Shown: piece after piece, positions 19,076-29,175 of the stretch
How the letters are laid out: the number at the start of each line of letters is the position of its first letter
Position numbering within the stretch: the first letter of the stretch is position 1
Source: an uncultured Coriobacteriaceae bacterium
GTDB lineage: Bacteria > Actinomycetota > Coriobacteriia > Coriobacteriales > Atopobiaceae
Direction: 5' to 3'
Length of the DNA stretch: 64,000 nt
NCBI GenBank assembly: GCA_902766835.1
Contig: CACXFC010000242.1
Coordinates: forward strand, 7,132 to 71,131
The notes under the pieces: generated by a model
Told to the model about the DNA's origin: nothing
What the model saw: only the letters and a program-made list of their open reading frames with translations
Databases searched by the model: none
Program-made: the position numbers and the translations under genes

Positions 19076-19624
19076 GTGTCGTTTGTGTCGACTCTCAACG
19101 AGTATTGCAACTTGCTCGAGTGCTCGAGCAAGGACCTCGCTGAGCGCAGCGGCATCTCACCGTCTACCCTCAGTAGATACCGCAGCGGAAGGCGCACCCC
19201 CGCCTATGAAGGCGAGAGCGTGCGCAAGCTTGCGGCGGGCATTGTTGCTATTGCCCAAGAGCGCGGTATCGATGGCCTCGACGAGCAGCGCGTTACGTCA
19301 GATCTGCTTGCCGGTCTCAACCATAGTTCAACGGTGTTTTCTCGCAGGCTTGATGCGCTCATGCGCACCTTGCAGATCTCCAATGTCGAGATGGCACGGC
19401 ATGTTGCCGTTGATCCGTCATACCTCTCACGCATACGCAACGGTCGCAGGTCTCCGGCCGATCCCCAGGGGTTGGCACAGAGGTGCGCTGAATACGTTGT
19501 GAGCCATCGCCAAGACCGTGAGCTTCTTCGCGATGCCCTTGGCGTTACCACGGGCGACGATCCCCATGTACGAACAGAAGCTGAGCTCCAAGAGCTGATT
19601 ACGCGCTGGTTGCTCGAGCGGTAG
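19076..19624 (+). CDS. helix-turn-helix (XRE-like, two HTH units) protein
   Basis: GTG at 19076 follows GAGAGGA. SSKDLAERSGISPSTLSRYRSGRRTP and SNVEMARHVAVDPSYLSRIRNGRRSP. Confidence 0.55.
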   Translation: MSFVSTLNEYCNLLECSSKDLAERSGISPSTLSRYRSGRRTPAYEGESVRKLAAGIVAIAQERGIDGLDEQRVTSDLLAGLNHSSTVFSRRLDALMRTLQISNVEMARHVAVDPSYLSRIRNGRRSPADPQGLAQRCAEYVVSHRQDRELLRDALGVTTGDDPHVRTEAELQELITRWLLER

Positions 19625-19645
19625 TCGTAATAGATGCGACATTGA

Positions 19646-19674
19646 GGGGCGGACCTCCAGGTCCGCCCCTTTTT
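19646..19674 (+). terminator. intrinsic terminator
   Basis: GGGGCGGACC-tcca-GGTCCGCCCC followed by TTTTT. Confidence 0.8.
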
Positions 19675-19676
19675 GT

Positions 19677-19952
19677 GAATCGGGGACGGTCCTCGTTTCT
19701 CATCCGCGTGAATCGGGGACGGACCTCGGGCGCGGGGCAGATTGCGGCCGCCGACGCGGACCGTGTGCGACTGGTCCGCGCACATGGCCGGAATCAGGCC
19801 GCCGGCGCGGGCCAGTGCGCGACTCATCCGCGTGCATAGCCGGAATCCGGGCGGCGGCGCGGACCAGTGGACAACTCGTCCGCGCGCGCGTTCGGAATCG
19901 GGGCGGCGGCGCGGACCAGTGCATGCCACCCGAAGCGAGGACCGTCCCCGAT
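19677..19952. repeat. TIR-bounded repeat region with 52-bp tandem units
   Basis: GAATCGGGGACGGTCCT at 19677-19693, a variant at 19710-19726, and the inverted copy AGGACCGTCCCCGAT at 19938-19952. Inside, three CCGGAATCnGG..GCGG(A/G)CCAGTG units start at 19788, 19840 and 19892. Confidence 0.7.
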
Positions 19953-20064
19953 GCACATGGGTTCAAAACCGTCCGTTCGCATAGGAGTGGTGCGGGTTGG
20001 CCCAAATGGCTTGGGAGCTCGCCTACAATGGAAGGCCATCCATGCTGCCGAGGAGGAGTTGGGA

Positions 20065-21552
20065 ATGGCTACACGCAGCGAATCGTCACGTAAACGTACT
20101 ACCGCTCGAGGCCGCGGCACCGCTGCCGGCAAGCGTCGCAAGCCATTGGAAGGCGCCAACCGCGCCAGGCGGGCAAGCTCTGCCTCGTCGCAAAAAGCCC
20201 AGCGTCCGGTACGCAAGACCAATGTGCGCACAGAGGGCCCGAAGGGTATCTGGGACCTTGTTCGTCCCTGGATCCCGCTTGTGGTGATGGTGCTTCTGGC
20301 ACTTGCCGCGCTCTTTTGCGTGGTGAAGCTGGTCTCTTGCGCAGGCAACGCGCTTCGAGGGGGATCGGAAGAGCCCAAGGAAGAGCAGATAGTGGAGAAG
20401 GATGGCGCTCCCGCGCAGGAAGTTGCTGCCGAGGATGGCAAGCCTGCCATCAAGCTTCTTGACGAGGGTCGCGTCACGCAAAGCGGCAAGGGCCACGTTA
20501 CCTTCGCTGCCTTTGGCGATAACCTTGCCAACGACAACATCCTCGCGTTTGCCGACGCCTGGGGTGGCTCGGGCGAGGGTGATGGTGTCTACGACTTTGC
20601 ACCGCTCTATCAGAATGTGCGCGATGAGATTGCCTCCTACGACATTGCCTTCGTGAATCAGGAGACGACGCTGGGTGGCACGGGCGGTGACGAGCGCGAG
20701 TGGTCTGGTTACCCCAGCTACAACACGCCCGACTCAATGGCCGATGCCCTCGTAGGCGCGGGCTTCCGCGTTATCAACACCAACTCGAACCACACCTACG
20801 ACTGGTGGACCGACGCCATCAAATACGCGCAGAAGCTGTGGAACGGCTACGGTGGCGTGCTGACCATCGGCAGCTACGAAGACCAGCGCGACCGCGACAC
20901 CATTCGCGTTGTGGAGTGCAACGGCGTGCGCCTGGCATTCCTCTCGTACAGCTACGGGCAGAACGGCTACGAGCAGTCCGACTTACCCAACGACTACTAT
21001 GCGGTGCCCTTCAGTGAGGCAGCGCTGAAGAAGGACGTGGAAGCTGCGCGCGAGGTGGCTGACGTTGTGGTGGTGTACCTGCACGCCGGCACCGAGTACA
21101 CCAACGAGCCTGACGAGGACCAGGTGGCATGGGCGCAGGCTTGTGCCAACAACAACGTGGACCTAGTCATCGGAAGCCACGTGCATGTCATCCAGCCCAT
21201 GCGCTGGCTCGATCGTGCCGATGGTGGCAAGATGCTTGCGGTTTATGGCATGGGCGACTTCGTGTCGGGCTACGAGGACTATCCCGATACCATCCTCTCG
21301 GGTGAGTTTAGCTGTGAGTTTGTGGTGGGAAAGAAGGGCAAGGTCTCGGTTGAGGATATCGTGTGGCACCCGCTGATCGAGCATCGCGAGGGGACGACCG
21401 ACACGGTCTATCTCATGCGCGACTATACGACGGAGCTCGCCGAGAACAATGAGCTGCTCGACGAGCTGGACGATCCCTACGGATGGATCATCGAGACCAC
21501 ACGCGGCGTCATGGGCGACGACTTTGCGGCCGACGTGCGCCGCGCCGTCTAG
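20065..21552 (+). CDS. CapA-family metallophosphatase-like membrane-anchored protein
   Basis: ATG at 20065 follows AGGAGGAG. Basic N-terminus, TM (PLVVMVLLALAALFCVV), then FAAFGDNL, NQETTLGG, NTNSNHTYDW, LHAGTEYT, GSHVHVIQP. Confidence 0.75.
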   Translation: MATRSESSRKRTTARGRGTAAGKRRKPLEGANRARRASSASSQKAQRPVRKTNVRTEGPKGIWDLVRPWIPLVVMVLLALAALFCVVKLVSCAGNALRGGSEEPKEEQIVEKDGAPAQEVAAEDGKPAIKLLDEGRVTQSGKGHVTFAAFGDNLANDNILAFADAWGGSGEGDGVYDFAPLYQNVRDEIASYDIAFVNQETTLGGTGGDEREWSGYPSYNTPDSMADALVGAGFRVINTNSNHTYDWWTDAIKYAQKLWNGYGGVLTIGSYEDQRDRDTIRVVECNGVRLAFLSYSYGQNGYEQSDLPNDYYAVPFSEAALKKDVEAAREVADVVVVYLHAGTEYTNEPDEDQVAWAQACANNNVDLVIGSHVHVIQPMRWLDRADGGKMLAVYGMGDFVSGYEDYPDTILSGEFSCEFVVGKKGKVSVEDIVWHPLIEHREGTTDTVYLMRDYTTELAENNELLDELDDPYGWIIETTRGVMGDDFAADVRRAV

Positions 21553-21586
21553 GAAGCTGCTGGTCAATTTTGCCGGCGCGTACTGA

Positions 21587-21650
21587 GGCAATCAAGGGAC
21601 ACGCCCTTTTTTGCCCCGCGGGGCAAAAAAGGGCGTGTCCCTTGATTGCC
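21587..21650. repeat. perfect 64-bp palindrome (GGGACACGCCC family)
   Basis: GGCAATCAAGGGACACGCCCTTTTTTGCCCCG followed by its exact reverse complement. Between convergent genes. Confidence 0.9.
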
Positions 21651-21747
21651 CGCTGAGTTAGCCCAAGCAGTCGCCCCTTTGAGCTAAGAGTATGCGGGCC
21701 TGGCAGGTTTGCTGCCAGGCCCGCACTGGTTGATTGCGTGGTGCCGT

Positions 21748-22773
21748 CTAGTCGGTGCAGATGGCATCGACCATGCGGTCGATGGCCCATTTGGCCTCGG
21801 GGATGGGGTAGAGCGGATAGTTGTGGTTGAGTCCGCGCCCAATGTAGAGCTCCGCGTGCGCGCCCGTTGCGTTGACGCGGTCGTAGAAGAGCTTCGCATC
21901 GGGGAAGAGAATCTCGCGCGTGCCCACGAACACCATGACGTTGCGGAGGTTGCGAACCTCTCCGTTCACCGGGCTGACGCGATAGTCGTTGACGTCGAGG
22001 TCCTTTGCCCAAGTGAGGCCGAGCTTCTGCAGGCCTTGGGCGCCCAGCATGGGGTCAGACGCCTCGTAGGCGATGATGTCGGGGTTGCGCATCGTGATGT
22101 CCACGAGCGGGGAGATGAGGATGAGGCGCGCGGGCTGCTCAAGGCCAATCTGGGCAAGATGCTCGGCAAAGCTGGCGGCTATGCCTCCGCCGCAGGAGTC
22201 GCCCATGATGGTCACGTTCGAGGCGCCATACTTGTCGATGGTCTTGCGGTACACCTTCTCGATGAAGTCGAGTGCCTCCGTGGCGCCATGGACGGGCGTG
22301 AGGGGGTAGAGGGGCACGATGACCTCGGCACGCGTACGCTGTGCGATGGTGTCCAGGAACTTCCAGTGATCGGCGGTGGGCTGGTTGATGAAGCAGCCGC
22401 CGTGGATGTAGATGACCGCGCGGTCGTTGATGGGGCGCCGGTTCAGGCAGAACAGCTGACGTCCTTCGAGCATCTCCTCGGTCACGCCAACCTTGAGCGT
22501 GACGGTGGAGGGAATCGTGTAGCGGCGGTCGTTTGACTCGGCGCTCTCGAGGATGGTGTTGTCAAGCAGCACCATGTCTTTGAGGAGCTTCTTGCCGCCA
22601 CCGGTTGCCCTGAAGTAGACCTCGGAGGCCGTGCTGAGGTTGGAGCGATGGAACACGAGGTGCGAGACGAGCGTGTATCCGAGCGCAGCGGCGGCGGGCA
22701 CGCCGGTGACCGTGCCGAGCACCTTGACGATCTTGGGTGCCTTGCGCAGCGTTGCTAAGCCAAGTAATGACAT
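21748..22773 (-). CDS. alpha/beta hydrolase (HSL-type esterase/lipase)
   Basis: ATG at 22773 follows GAGAAGGAA. HGGCF oxyanion motif and GDSCGGG nucleophile elbow. N-terminal TM. Confidence 0.8.
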   Translation of the reverse strand: MSLLGLATLRKAPKIVKVLGTVTGVPAAAALGYTLVSHLVFHRSNLSTASEVYFRATGGGKKLLKDMVLLDNTILESAESNDRRYTIPSTVTLKVGVTEEMLEGRQLFCLNRRPINDRAVIYIHGGCFINQPTADHWKFLDTIAQRTRAEVIVPLYPLTPVHGATEALDFIEKVYRKTIDKYGASNVTIMGDSCGGGIAASFAEHLAQIGLEQPARLILISPLVDITMRNPDIIAYEASDPMLGAQGLQKLGLTWAKDLDVNDYRVSPVNGEVRNLRNVMVFVGTREILFPDAKLFYDRVNATGAHAELYIGRGLNHNYPLYPIPEAKWAIDRMVDAICTD

Positions 22774-23225
22774 GGTTCCTTCTCTCGTCAGCATGTTGGG
22801 TCATACGGTCTCATTATCCTCCAGCCTAGCAGGAAGGAAGCCTTCTGTTGGGCTGTTTGATGGAAGAGTGATGTACGGGTGCTGCTAGATTGATTGTATA
22901 GTTTGAGCATTTTAACGGAAACATACACCCATCACCCTTAGAAGGGCTATTCATAGCTTCAGGGCACTTTGTATAATTGATGCGCAGAGCGACTATCCAA
23001 ATATGGCTAGTACCATGCACTATCTTAGATGCCCAATTTGTAGATATTCATTTCTCAAACCCTTTGACTTGCAGAATTCTTCGGCTTTGTACCAAATTGA
23101 ATAACAGGGTATTGGAAATATAAGACAAAAGATGCCGAAAGGTTTTCCGGCCATGCTATGATGCTAGAGGTCCAATCAACCGTTCGGCACCGCTTGCCGT
23201 GCGATTCGCCCCAAAGGAGGCGCAA

Positions 23226-23945
23226 ATGAAGTTCGTCTGCGAGGATTCGTTCTGGGAGATCTTCCCCGATGCATCGATTGGCGTTGTTGTTGCCGATGGC
23301 ATTCTGCCCACGAGCGAAGTGAGCGAGGAGAACGCCGCCAAGGCCGCCAAGCTGCTTGATCGTGCTAACGTGCTTGCCCAGAAGTGGGTCCCCAACAACA
23401 CCATCTCGAAGAACGAGGTGCCCGCGGTCTGGCGCGAGGCCTATCGCAAGTTCAAGACCAAGAAGGGCGTGCGCAGCTCCGTCGAGAACCTCCTGAAGCG
23501 CGTCCTCAAGGACAACCCCGTTGGTCACATCAACCCCTCCGTGGACATCTCCAACGCCATCTCGCTGAAGTACGCCATTCCCATGGGCGCCGAGAACGTC
23601 GATGCGTTTGAGGGAACCTTCCGCCTCAAGGTGACTGAGGGCGGCGATTACTTCCTGCCCATTGGTGCCGAGGAGAACGACCCCACGCTTGAGGGCGAGC
23701 TTTGCTATGTGGACGACGCCGGCGCGGTCTGCCGTTGCTGGAACTGGCGCGACGGCCAGCGCACCGAGGTCACCGACGAGACCCCGCATTGCGTCTTCAT
23801 CATGGAGAACATCCAGCCCGAGCGTCTGGGCGACCTGCAGGACGCCGTTGACGAGCTGGCCGGCCAGCTCGAGGAGATTCTTGGCGCCACGGTCACGCAC
23901 AAGGAGATCCTGACGCGCGAGCATCCCGAGATGGAGCTCTGCTAG
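23226..23945 (+). CDS. B3/B4 (tRNA-binding-like) domain protein
   Basis: ATG at 23226 follows AAAGGAGG. GELCYVDDAGAVCRCWNWRDGQRT resembles stand-alone B3/4 domain proteins. Called from memory of the family. Confidence 0.5.
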   Translation: MKFVCEDSFWEIFPDASIGVVVADGILPTSEVSEENAAKAAKLLDRANVLAQKWVPNNTISKNEVPAVWREAYRKFKTKKGVRSSVENLLKRVLKDNPVGHINPSVDISNAISLKYAIPMGAENVDAFEGTFRLKVTEGGDYFLPIGAEENDPTLEGELCYVDDAGAVCRCWNWRDGQRTEVTDETPHCVFIMENIQPERLGDLQDAVDELAGQLEEILGATVTHKEILTREHPEMELC

Positions 23946-23974
23946 CAAGGCAAAGAAGCTTGCACGCACATTGG

Positions 23975-24013
23975 GGCGCCCACATGGCCAAGGCTGTGTG
24001 GGCGCCTTCTTCT
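23975..24013 (+). terminator. intrinsic terminator
   Basis: GGCGCCCACA-12 nt-TGTGGGCGCC followed by TTCTTCT. Confidence 0.6.
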
Positions 24014-24083
24014 GACTTGTTGGCGCGGCCTGTGCGCGCCCGTTAGAATACTCGCGACAGGACAACCGTGAGAGGAGAGGCTC

Positions 24084-24701
24084 ATGAAGGTACTGATGCT
24101 CAATGGCAGCCCAAAGGCCAAGGGCAACACGGCAATCGCGCTGAACGAGATGCGCGCCGTCTTTGAGGCGGAGGGCATAGAGGTGGAGTGCGTGCAGGTG
24201 GGAAACCAGGCGGTGCGTGGCTGCATTTCGTGCGGCACGTGCGCAAAGAAGGGCGCCTGCGTCTTCGACGACGTGGTGAACGAGCTGGCGCCCAAGTTTG
24301 AGGCTGCCGACGGACTGGTTGTTGGCTCGCCGGTGTACTACGGTTCTGCCAACGCAACGCTGGTTGCGGTGCTCGACCGCCTTTTCTATTCCAAGCAGTT
24401 CGACACCACCATGAAGGTTGGCGCAGCCGTGGCAGTTGCGCGCCGCGGTGGCCTGACGGCAACCTTTGACGAGCTGAACAAGTACTTCACCATCAGCGGC
24501 ATGCCGGTTGCCTCCGGGCAGTATTGGAACGGCGTCCACGGAGCGGCTCCCGGCGAGGCTGAGCAGGATGCCGAGGGCCTGCAGCAGATGCGCACACTGG
24601 CACGCAACATGGCCTTCCTCATGAAGTCCATTGCGCTGGGCCGCGCAGAGTACGGCCTGCCCGAGGTCGAACCGTTCCAGCGCACCAACTTCGTGCGCTA
24701 G
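24084..24701 (+). CDS. flavodoxin-like FMN reductase / iron-sulfur flavoprotein
   Basis: MKVLMLNGSPKAKGNT, CISCGTCAKKGACVF, VVGSPVYYGS. Confidence 0.75.
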   Translation: MKVLMLNGSPKAKGNTAIALNEMRAVFEAEGIEVECVQVGNQAVRGCISCGTCAKKGACVFDDVVNELAPKFEAADGLVVGSPVYYGSANATLVAVLDRLFYSKQFDTTMKVGAAVAVARRGGLTATFDELNKYFTISGMPVASGQYWNGVHGAAPGEAEQDAEGLQQMRTLARNMAFLMKSIALGRAEYGLPEVEPFQRTNFVR

Positions 24702-24720
24702 GCGTAGCACTAAAGAGTGC

Positions 24721-24754
24721 GATGCACCCCAAGTCGTGAGGCTTGGGGCGCATC
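24721..24754. terminator. bidirectional hairpin between convergent genes
   Basis: GATGCACCCCAAG-tcgtgag-GCTTGGGGCGCATC. Confidence 0.55.
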
Positions 24755-24775
24755 TATATCTAAGTCCGCAGCGGG

Positions 24776-26188
24776 TTAGGCGAGGGGCAGGCCGCCTGCA
24801 GCCTGGATGCCGGGAACGGCGGGGATGGTGGCAAAGCCGAGCTCGAGCTCCTCGTCGGTGGGCACATGATCCACCATCGTGCCCGTGTTATACGCCTCGT
24901 AGGCGGTCAGGTCGAAGTAGCCGGTGCCGGTGAGGCCGAACAGGATCACCTTCTCCTCGCCAGTCTCCTTGCACTTCAGCGCCTCGTCGATGGCCACGCG
25001 GATGGCGTGGGCGCTCTCGGGGGCGGGCAGGATGGTCTCGAGCTTGGCAAACTGCTCGGCGGCGGCGAACACATCGGTCTGGGCGACGGCCACGGCATCG
25101 AGGAAGCCGTCGTGCTTCAGCTGGCTGATGATGGGGCTCATGCCGTGGTAGCGCAGGCCGCCGGCATGGTCGGGGCTGGGGATGAAGCCATTGCCCAGCG
25201 TGTACATCTTCACCAGCGGGCAGGTCTGGCCGGTATCGGCAAAGTCGTAGGCAAAGCGGCCGCGCGTGAGCGAGGGGCAGCTCTTGGGCTCGACGGCGAT
25301 GAAGCGCGTGTTGGGCCGCTCACCCGTCAGCTTGTCGCGCATGAACGGGGCGATGAGGCCGCCCAGGTTGGAGCCGCCACCCGCGCAGCCAATGACAACG
25401 TCGGGATACTCGCCCAGCTGCTCGAGGGCCGCATAGCTCTCCAGGCCAATGATGGACTGGTGCAAAAGCACCTGGTTCAAGACCGATCCCAGCTGGTAGC
25501 GGCCACGGTTTTCGGGTACGTGCAGCGCGCGCTCGACGGCCTCGCTGATGGCCGTTCCCAGGCTGCCGGAACGGTTGGCCTCATCGGCGTACATCTTGCG
25601 GCCAATCTCGGTTTCCTGGCTGGGGGAGGCGGTCACGTGCGCGCCGAAGGTCTGCATCACCGAGCGGCGGAAGGGCTTCTGCTCGTAGCTTGCGCGCACC
25701 ATGAACACGTCGCAGTCAAGGCCAAAGCGCGCGGCTGCCTCGGAGAGAGCGGTGCCCCACTGGCCAGCGCCGGTCTCGGTGGTAATGGTGGAAAGGCCCT
25801 GCTCATAGGCATAGTAGGCCTGCGCCAGCGCGGAGTTGAGCTTGTGCGAGCCGCTCGTGTTGTTACCCTCAAACTTGTAATAGATCTTGGCGGGGGTGCC
25901 CAGCGCCTGCTCAAGGCTGTAGGCACGGCACAGGGGGCTGGGCCGGTAGATCTTGTACATCTCGCGGATGCCCTCGGGAATGGGGGTGTAGGCGGTGTCG
26001 TCGTCAAGCTCTTGGCGAACCAGCTCGCTGGCAAAGACCGGTGCGATGTGCTCGAACTCTGCCACGACGCCGTTGGGCAGGCGCATGGGCTCGGGCTTTG
26101 TGGGCATGTCGGCCCTCAGGTTGTAGTACTGGGTGGGGATTTGGTCCTCGGACAGGTAGATGCGGTACGGATCCTTGTTGGCGGCCAT
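24776..26188 (-). CDS. TrpB-like PLP enzyme (tryptophan synthase beta, TrpB2 type)
   Basis: ATG at 26188 follows GGGAGG. YKFEGNNTSGSHKLNSALAQAYYA (PLP Lys block), GCAGGGSNLGG. No trpA nearby. Confidence 0.85.
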   Translation of the reverse strand: MAANKDPYRIYLSEDQIPTQYYNLRADMPTKPEPMRLPNGVVAEFEHIAPVFASELVRQELDDDTAYTPIPEGIREMYKIYRPSPLCRAYSLEQALGTPAKIYYKFEGNNTSGSHKLNSALAQAYYAYEQGLSTITTETGAGQWGTALSEAAARFGLDCDVFMVRASYEQKPFRRSVMQTFGAHVTASPSQETEIGRKMYADEANRSGSLGTAISEAVERALHVPENRGRYQLGSVLNQVLLHQSIIGLESYAALEQLGEYPDVVIGCAGGGSNLGGLIAPFMRDKLTGERPNTRFIAVEPKSCPSLTRGRFAYDFADTGQTCPLVKMYTLGNGFIPSPDHAGGLRYHGMSPIISQLKHDGFLDAVAVAQTDVFAAAEQFAKLETILPAPESAHAIRVAIDEALKCKETGEEKVILFGLTGTGYFDLTAYEAYNTGTMVDHVPTDEELELGFATIPAVPGIQAAGGLPLA

Positions 26189-26251
26189 GATGGGCCTCCC
26201 TTCTGCGCCGTCTGGCGCTTGCTTGAGGAAGGGCTGGTCCGTCTGACCATG

Positions 26252-26512
26252 AAAAAACGCCCGTCCTCGACCTATGGGTCTCGAGGACAAGCGTCATGCG
26301 TATGCACGTCTGCCTGCGGTGCCACCTCGATTAGCGGACGCGCAGGTCCGCTCTCTCTGTGGGAGCCATCACTCCCTGCCCGGTAACGGCGAGCTGCCGT
26401 CGCGACTTCCGCCCAACGTTCGGGTTTCTTCGCGCCCTCAGCGGGTCCATTATGCTTGCCAGCTACCGCTCGGATCTCAGCTGCCCGTGCTCTCTGTAGG
26501 CGCCTCAGCAAG
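26252..26512 (-). promoter_or_regulatory. T-box leader, probable Trp specifier (UGG)
   Basis: On the minus strand: AGAGA and GAGA elements, a specifier-like CAUAA-UGG-A (CCA at 26447-26449 on the plus strand), and the T-box core AAUCGAGGUGGCACCGCAGG (26312-26331). The terminator is GTCCTCGA..TCGAGGAC plus U6 (26252-26288), about 60 nt before the trpB2 ATG. Confidence 0.7.
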
Positions 26513-26725
26513 TTTTACTTCCGCTTCAAAGGTTTGGTGGTGCTATGCGATTGGGACGTAGTGTAAACGAGATTGACGTTTCTTGCCTAGATGTAGCAAC
26601 AAGCTTGTAACTTGGGCGTCTGCGTTGGCAGCGAGGTGCCGCGTAACCTAGGTTCTGACGAAAATGCGGGACTGGGTATATGTCCCAGTCCCGCCCGAAA
26701 GAAGAGTTTGGTGTCTGTGCCAGTC

Positions 26726-28033
26726 CTATGCCTCGGCAGCTGCCTTCTCTGCGGCAAGGGCGCGCTCTTCCTCAAGGGCCTGGTTGTCAGCGATCTTGAA
26801 GAAGGGGTACCAGACGACGCAGGTAACGGCGATGCAGGCCAGGATGATGAGCATGTAGAGCGGACCACCCTGCATGAAGGCTGTGATGAAGGTGGGCATG
26901 ACCCAAGGAAGCTGCACGGTGGGGTTGTAGGCGATGGGCAGGATGTTAAGCAGCAGCATGCCCACGACGCCGGGGACGATGCAGGAGAGCAGCATGGGGA
27001 CGAAGAAGAGCGGGTTGAGCATGACGGGCACGCCGAAGATGACCGGCTCGGTGATATTGAAGAGGTTGGGCAGCAGCATCAGCTTGCGCATGGCCTTGAA
27101 CTTCTCAGACTTGGCAAAGAGCATGTCGAGGCAGAGGCAGATGGTGTTTCCCGTGCCACCAAAGTAGAGGCAGTTGTAGAGCATGAGGTACTTGGCATCG
27201 GGCAGGGGATCGCCAGCCTGGTAGGCAGCGATGTTGGCCATGGTGACCGTGATGAAGACGGGCACATAGACCGAGGTGACCGAGCTGGGATGCACACCAA
27301 AGCACCAAACGATGTTGGCGATGGTCATGATGGCGATCATGGCGGTGGGGGTGGCGCCAAAGTTCATGAGTGGCGCAGAGATAACCTGCTTGATGAGCTC
27401 GAAGATGTTGCCAAAGGAAGTCATGTTGAGGCCCCACTTGACGAAGAACACGACGGCGAAAATGATCATGGCCGTGAATGCGGGAGAAAGCGAGTCAGCT
27501 ACCATGGGCGGCACAGAATCGGGAAGCTTGAGCTTGATGTCTTTGCGGGTGAGCCAGCCAAAGGCGGCTGCAACAAGAATCGCTAGGATGATTGCCACGA
27601 ACAGGCCGTCAGATCCCAGATAGTTCTGCTGGTAAGCGTTGAGCGTGGTCTCCTCGTCAATCTGGATGGTGGAAGGTACCAGCATGAGGAAGCTTGCCAT
27701 TGAGAGCACGCCTGCGGTGACACCGTTCATGCCGTCGTTCTTGGCGTAGACGTAGGCAATGAGGAATGAGACATAGATTGCCAGCAGCGACATGGTCGAG
27801 TTGATCATCTCGTTAGCCGTGGCGGTGACGCCCGAGGCAACCATCCAGTCGGAGAGGCCTGGGATGGGGAGGTTGATGACGATGGCGACGACAGCCATGC
27901 CAATGGTGAGCGGCATGGTCATGACCATGCCCTGTGAGATTGCCTGCAGGACCTTGCTCTGACCCATGCGACCGGCGAGTGGAGCTAGATGCTCGTTCAT
28001 CCAGTTGGTCATGTTCTCCATAACGCTTGCCAT
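26726..28033 (-). CDS. PTS EIIC, lactose/cellobiose family
   Basis: 435 aa, polytopic. NEHLAPLAGRMGQSKVLQAISQG is a typical CelB N-terminus. ITEPVIFGVPVMLNP. Confidence 0.85.
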   Translation of the reverse strand: MASVMENMTNWMNEHLAPLAGRMGQSKVLQAISQGMVMTMPLTIGMAVVAIVINLPIPGLSDWMVASGVTATANEMINSTMSLLAIYVSFLIAYVYAKNDGMNGVTAGVLSMASFLMLVPSTIQIDEETTLNAYQQNYLGSDGLFVAIILAILVAAAFGWLTRKDIKLKLPDSVPPMVADSLSPAFTAMIIFAVVFFVKWGLNMTSFGNIFELIKQVISAPLMNFGATPTAMIAIMTIANIVWCFGVHPSSVTSVYVPVFITVTMANIAAYQAGDPLPDAKYLMLYNCLYFGGTGNTICLCLDMLFAKSEKFKAMRKLMLLPNLFNITEPVIFGVPVMLNPLFFVPMLLSCIVPGVVGMLLLNILPIAYNPTVQLPWVMPTFITAFMQGGPLYMLIILACIAVTCVVWYPFFKIADNQALEEERALAAEKAAAEA

Positions 28034-28335
28034 GACGCCCTTCCTTTCGTACGGTGGCTCGTGCTCTTTGGTGCCCGTGCCAGCTTTGCGTTGCTGGCAT
28101 AGCTATACCGCGGAGCGTGCGGCCACCTAAAGGCCTCGAGAACGGTCTGGTCCTCGTTCCCAGTGTTTGCCGGTATGTAGGGGAGAAATCTGATGCCGCA
28201 GTTTCAATCCTGATAGCCTGATGCGCTCCCGAGTAGTGCCACAAAAGAGCATGCCGTTTGCGATTTTGATATCGTCTGGATGGATGGCTCCCGATGTGCG
28301 GCGATACTATGAGACTGAAAACGAGGGAGGAACCT

Positions 28336-29175
28336 ATGGCTCTTGTCCAGCAGCTGCGACAAAAACGTGACTTTACCAGTACAGAGGCTGAGATTGCCGA
28401 CTACATACTGAGTCATCGAGATGACATTGCGAGCATGACTATCACTGAGCTTGCCGAAGCAACCTATACCTCAAAGGCCGCTGTGGCGCGCATGTGTCGC
28501 AAGCTGGGTCTTGACGGATACCGCACGTTCAAGGTCAATTTTGCGGTTGAGCTTGAGCGACAACGCTTTGAGCAACGCGACGTGGACGTCGACCGTCCGT
28601 TTGTCCAGCACGACGGTGCCGGTGCGGTCATGCGGAGCATCAGCCTTATCGAGAAGGAAGCGCTCGATGCGTGCTATGCGGCCATCTCGCCGGGCAGCAT
28701 CGATCGCGCTTCGCGCATGCTGCTGCGTGCGGGACATATCTACTGCCATGCCATCGGTGACACATACATCTCGGTGACTGCCTTCGCAAACATGCTCATG
28801 AAGCTGGGCATCCATTGCCTGATGATGGATCGGTATGGCGAACGCATGAGCATGGCCCGTGGCATGCAGCCGGGTGACCTTGCCCTTATCGTCTCGTATT
28901 CAGGGGGGACCCTGCCTTACCTACGCCCTGAAATCGACACTATCAAGGCGCGCGGAGGGAAGATCATCCTTGTCTCAACCTTGGACGAATGCCCGGGCGT
29001 CGATCACTTTGTGACCCTGCCAGATCGAGAGAGCTCCATGGGCAAGGCTGGTGGATTCTTCTCGCAAACGGCAATCCGCTATGTGCTGGACTCGCTCTAC
29101 GGAACAATCTATGCCTTAGACCTCGAGCGCAACCAAGAGCGCAAAGACCGCATCGAGGCGGCTTGGCAGGTGTAA
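28336..29175 (+). CDS. MurR/RpiR-family transcriptional regulator
   Basis: ATG at 28336 follows GAGGGAGG. An HTH (ITELAEATYTSKAAVARMCRKLG) plus a SIS domain. Confidence 0.85.
   Translation: MALVQQLRQKRDFTSTEAEIADYILSHRDDIASMTITELAEATYTSKAAVARMCRKLGLDGYRTFKVNFAVELERQRFEQRDVDVDRPFVQHDGAGAVMRSISLIEKEALDACYAAISPGSIDRASRMLLRAGHIYCHAIGDTYISVTAFANMLMKLGIHCLMMDRYGERMSMARGMQPGDLALIVSYSGGTLPYLRPEIDTIKARGGKIILVSTLDECPGVDHFVTLPDRESSMGKAGGFFSQTAIRYVLDSLYGTIYALDLERNQERKDRIEAAWQV

Noticed and set aside
19788-19943. Regularly spaced 52-bp repeats, considered as a possible CRISPR array
   Set aside because: The units are contiguous degenerate tandem copies with no unique spacers. There is no leader or cas genes, and the ends match an inverted-repeat family found elsewhere. 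It is a tandem or MITE-like repeat, not CRISPR.
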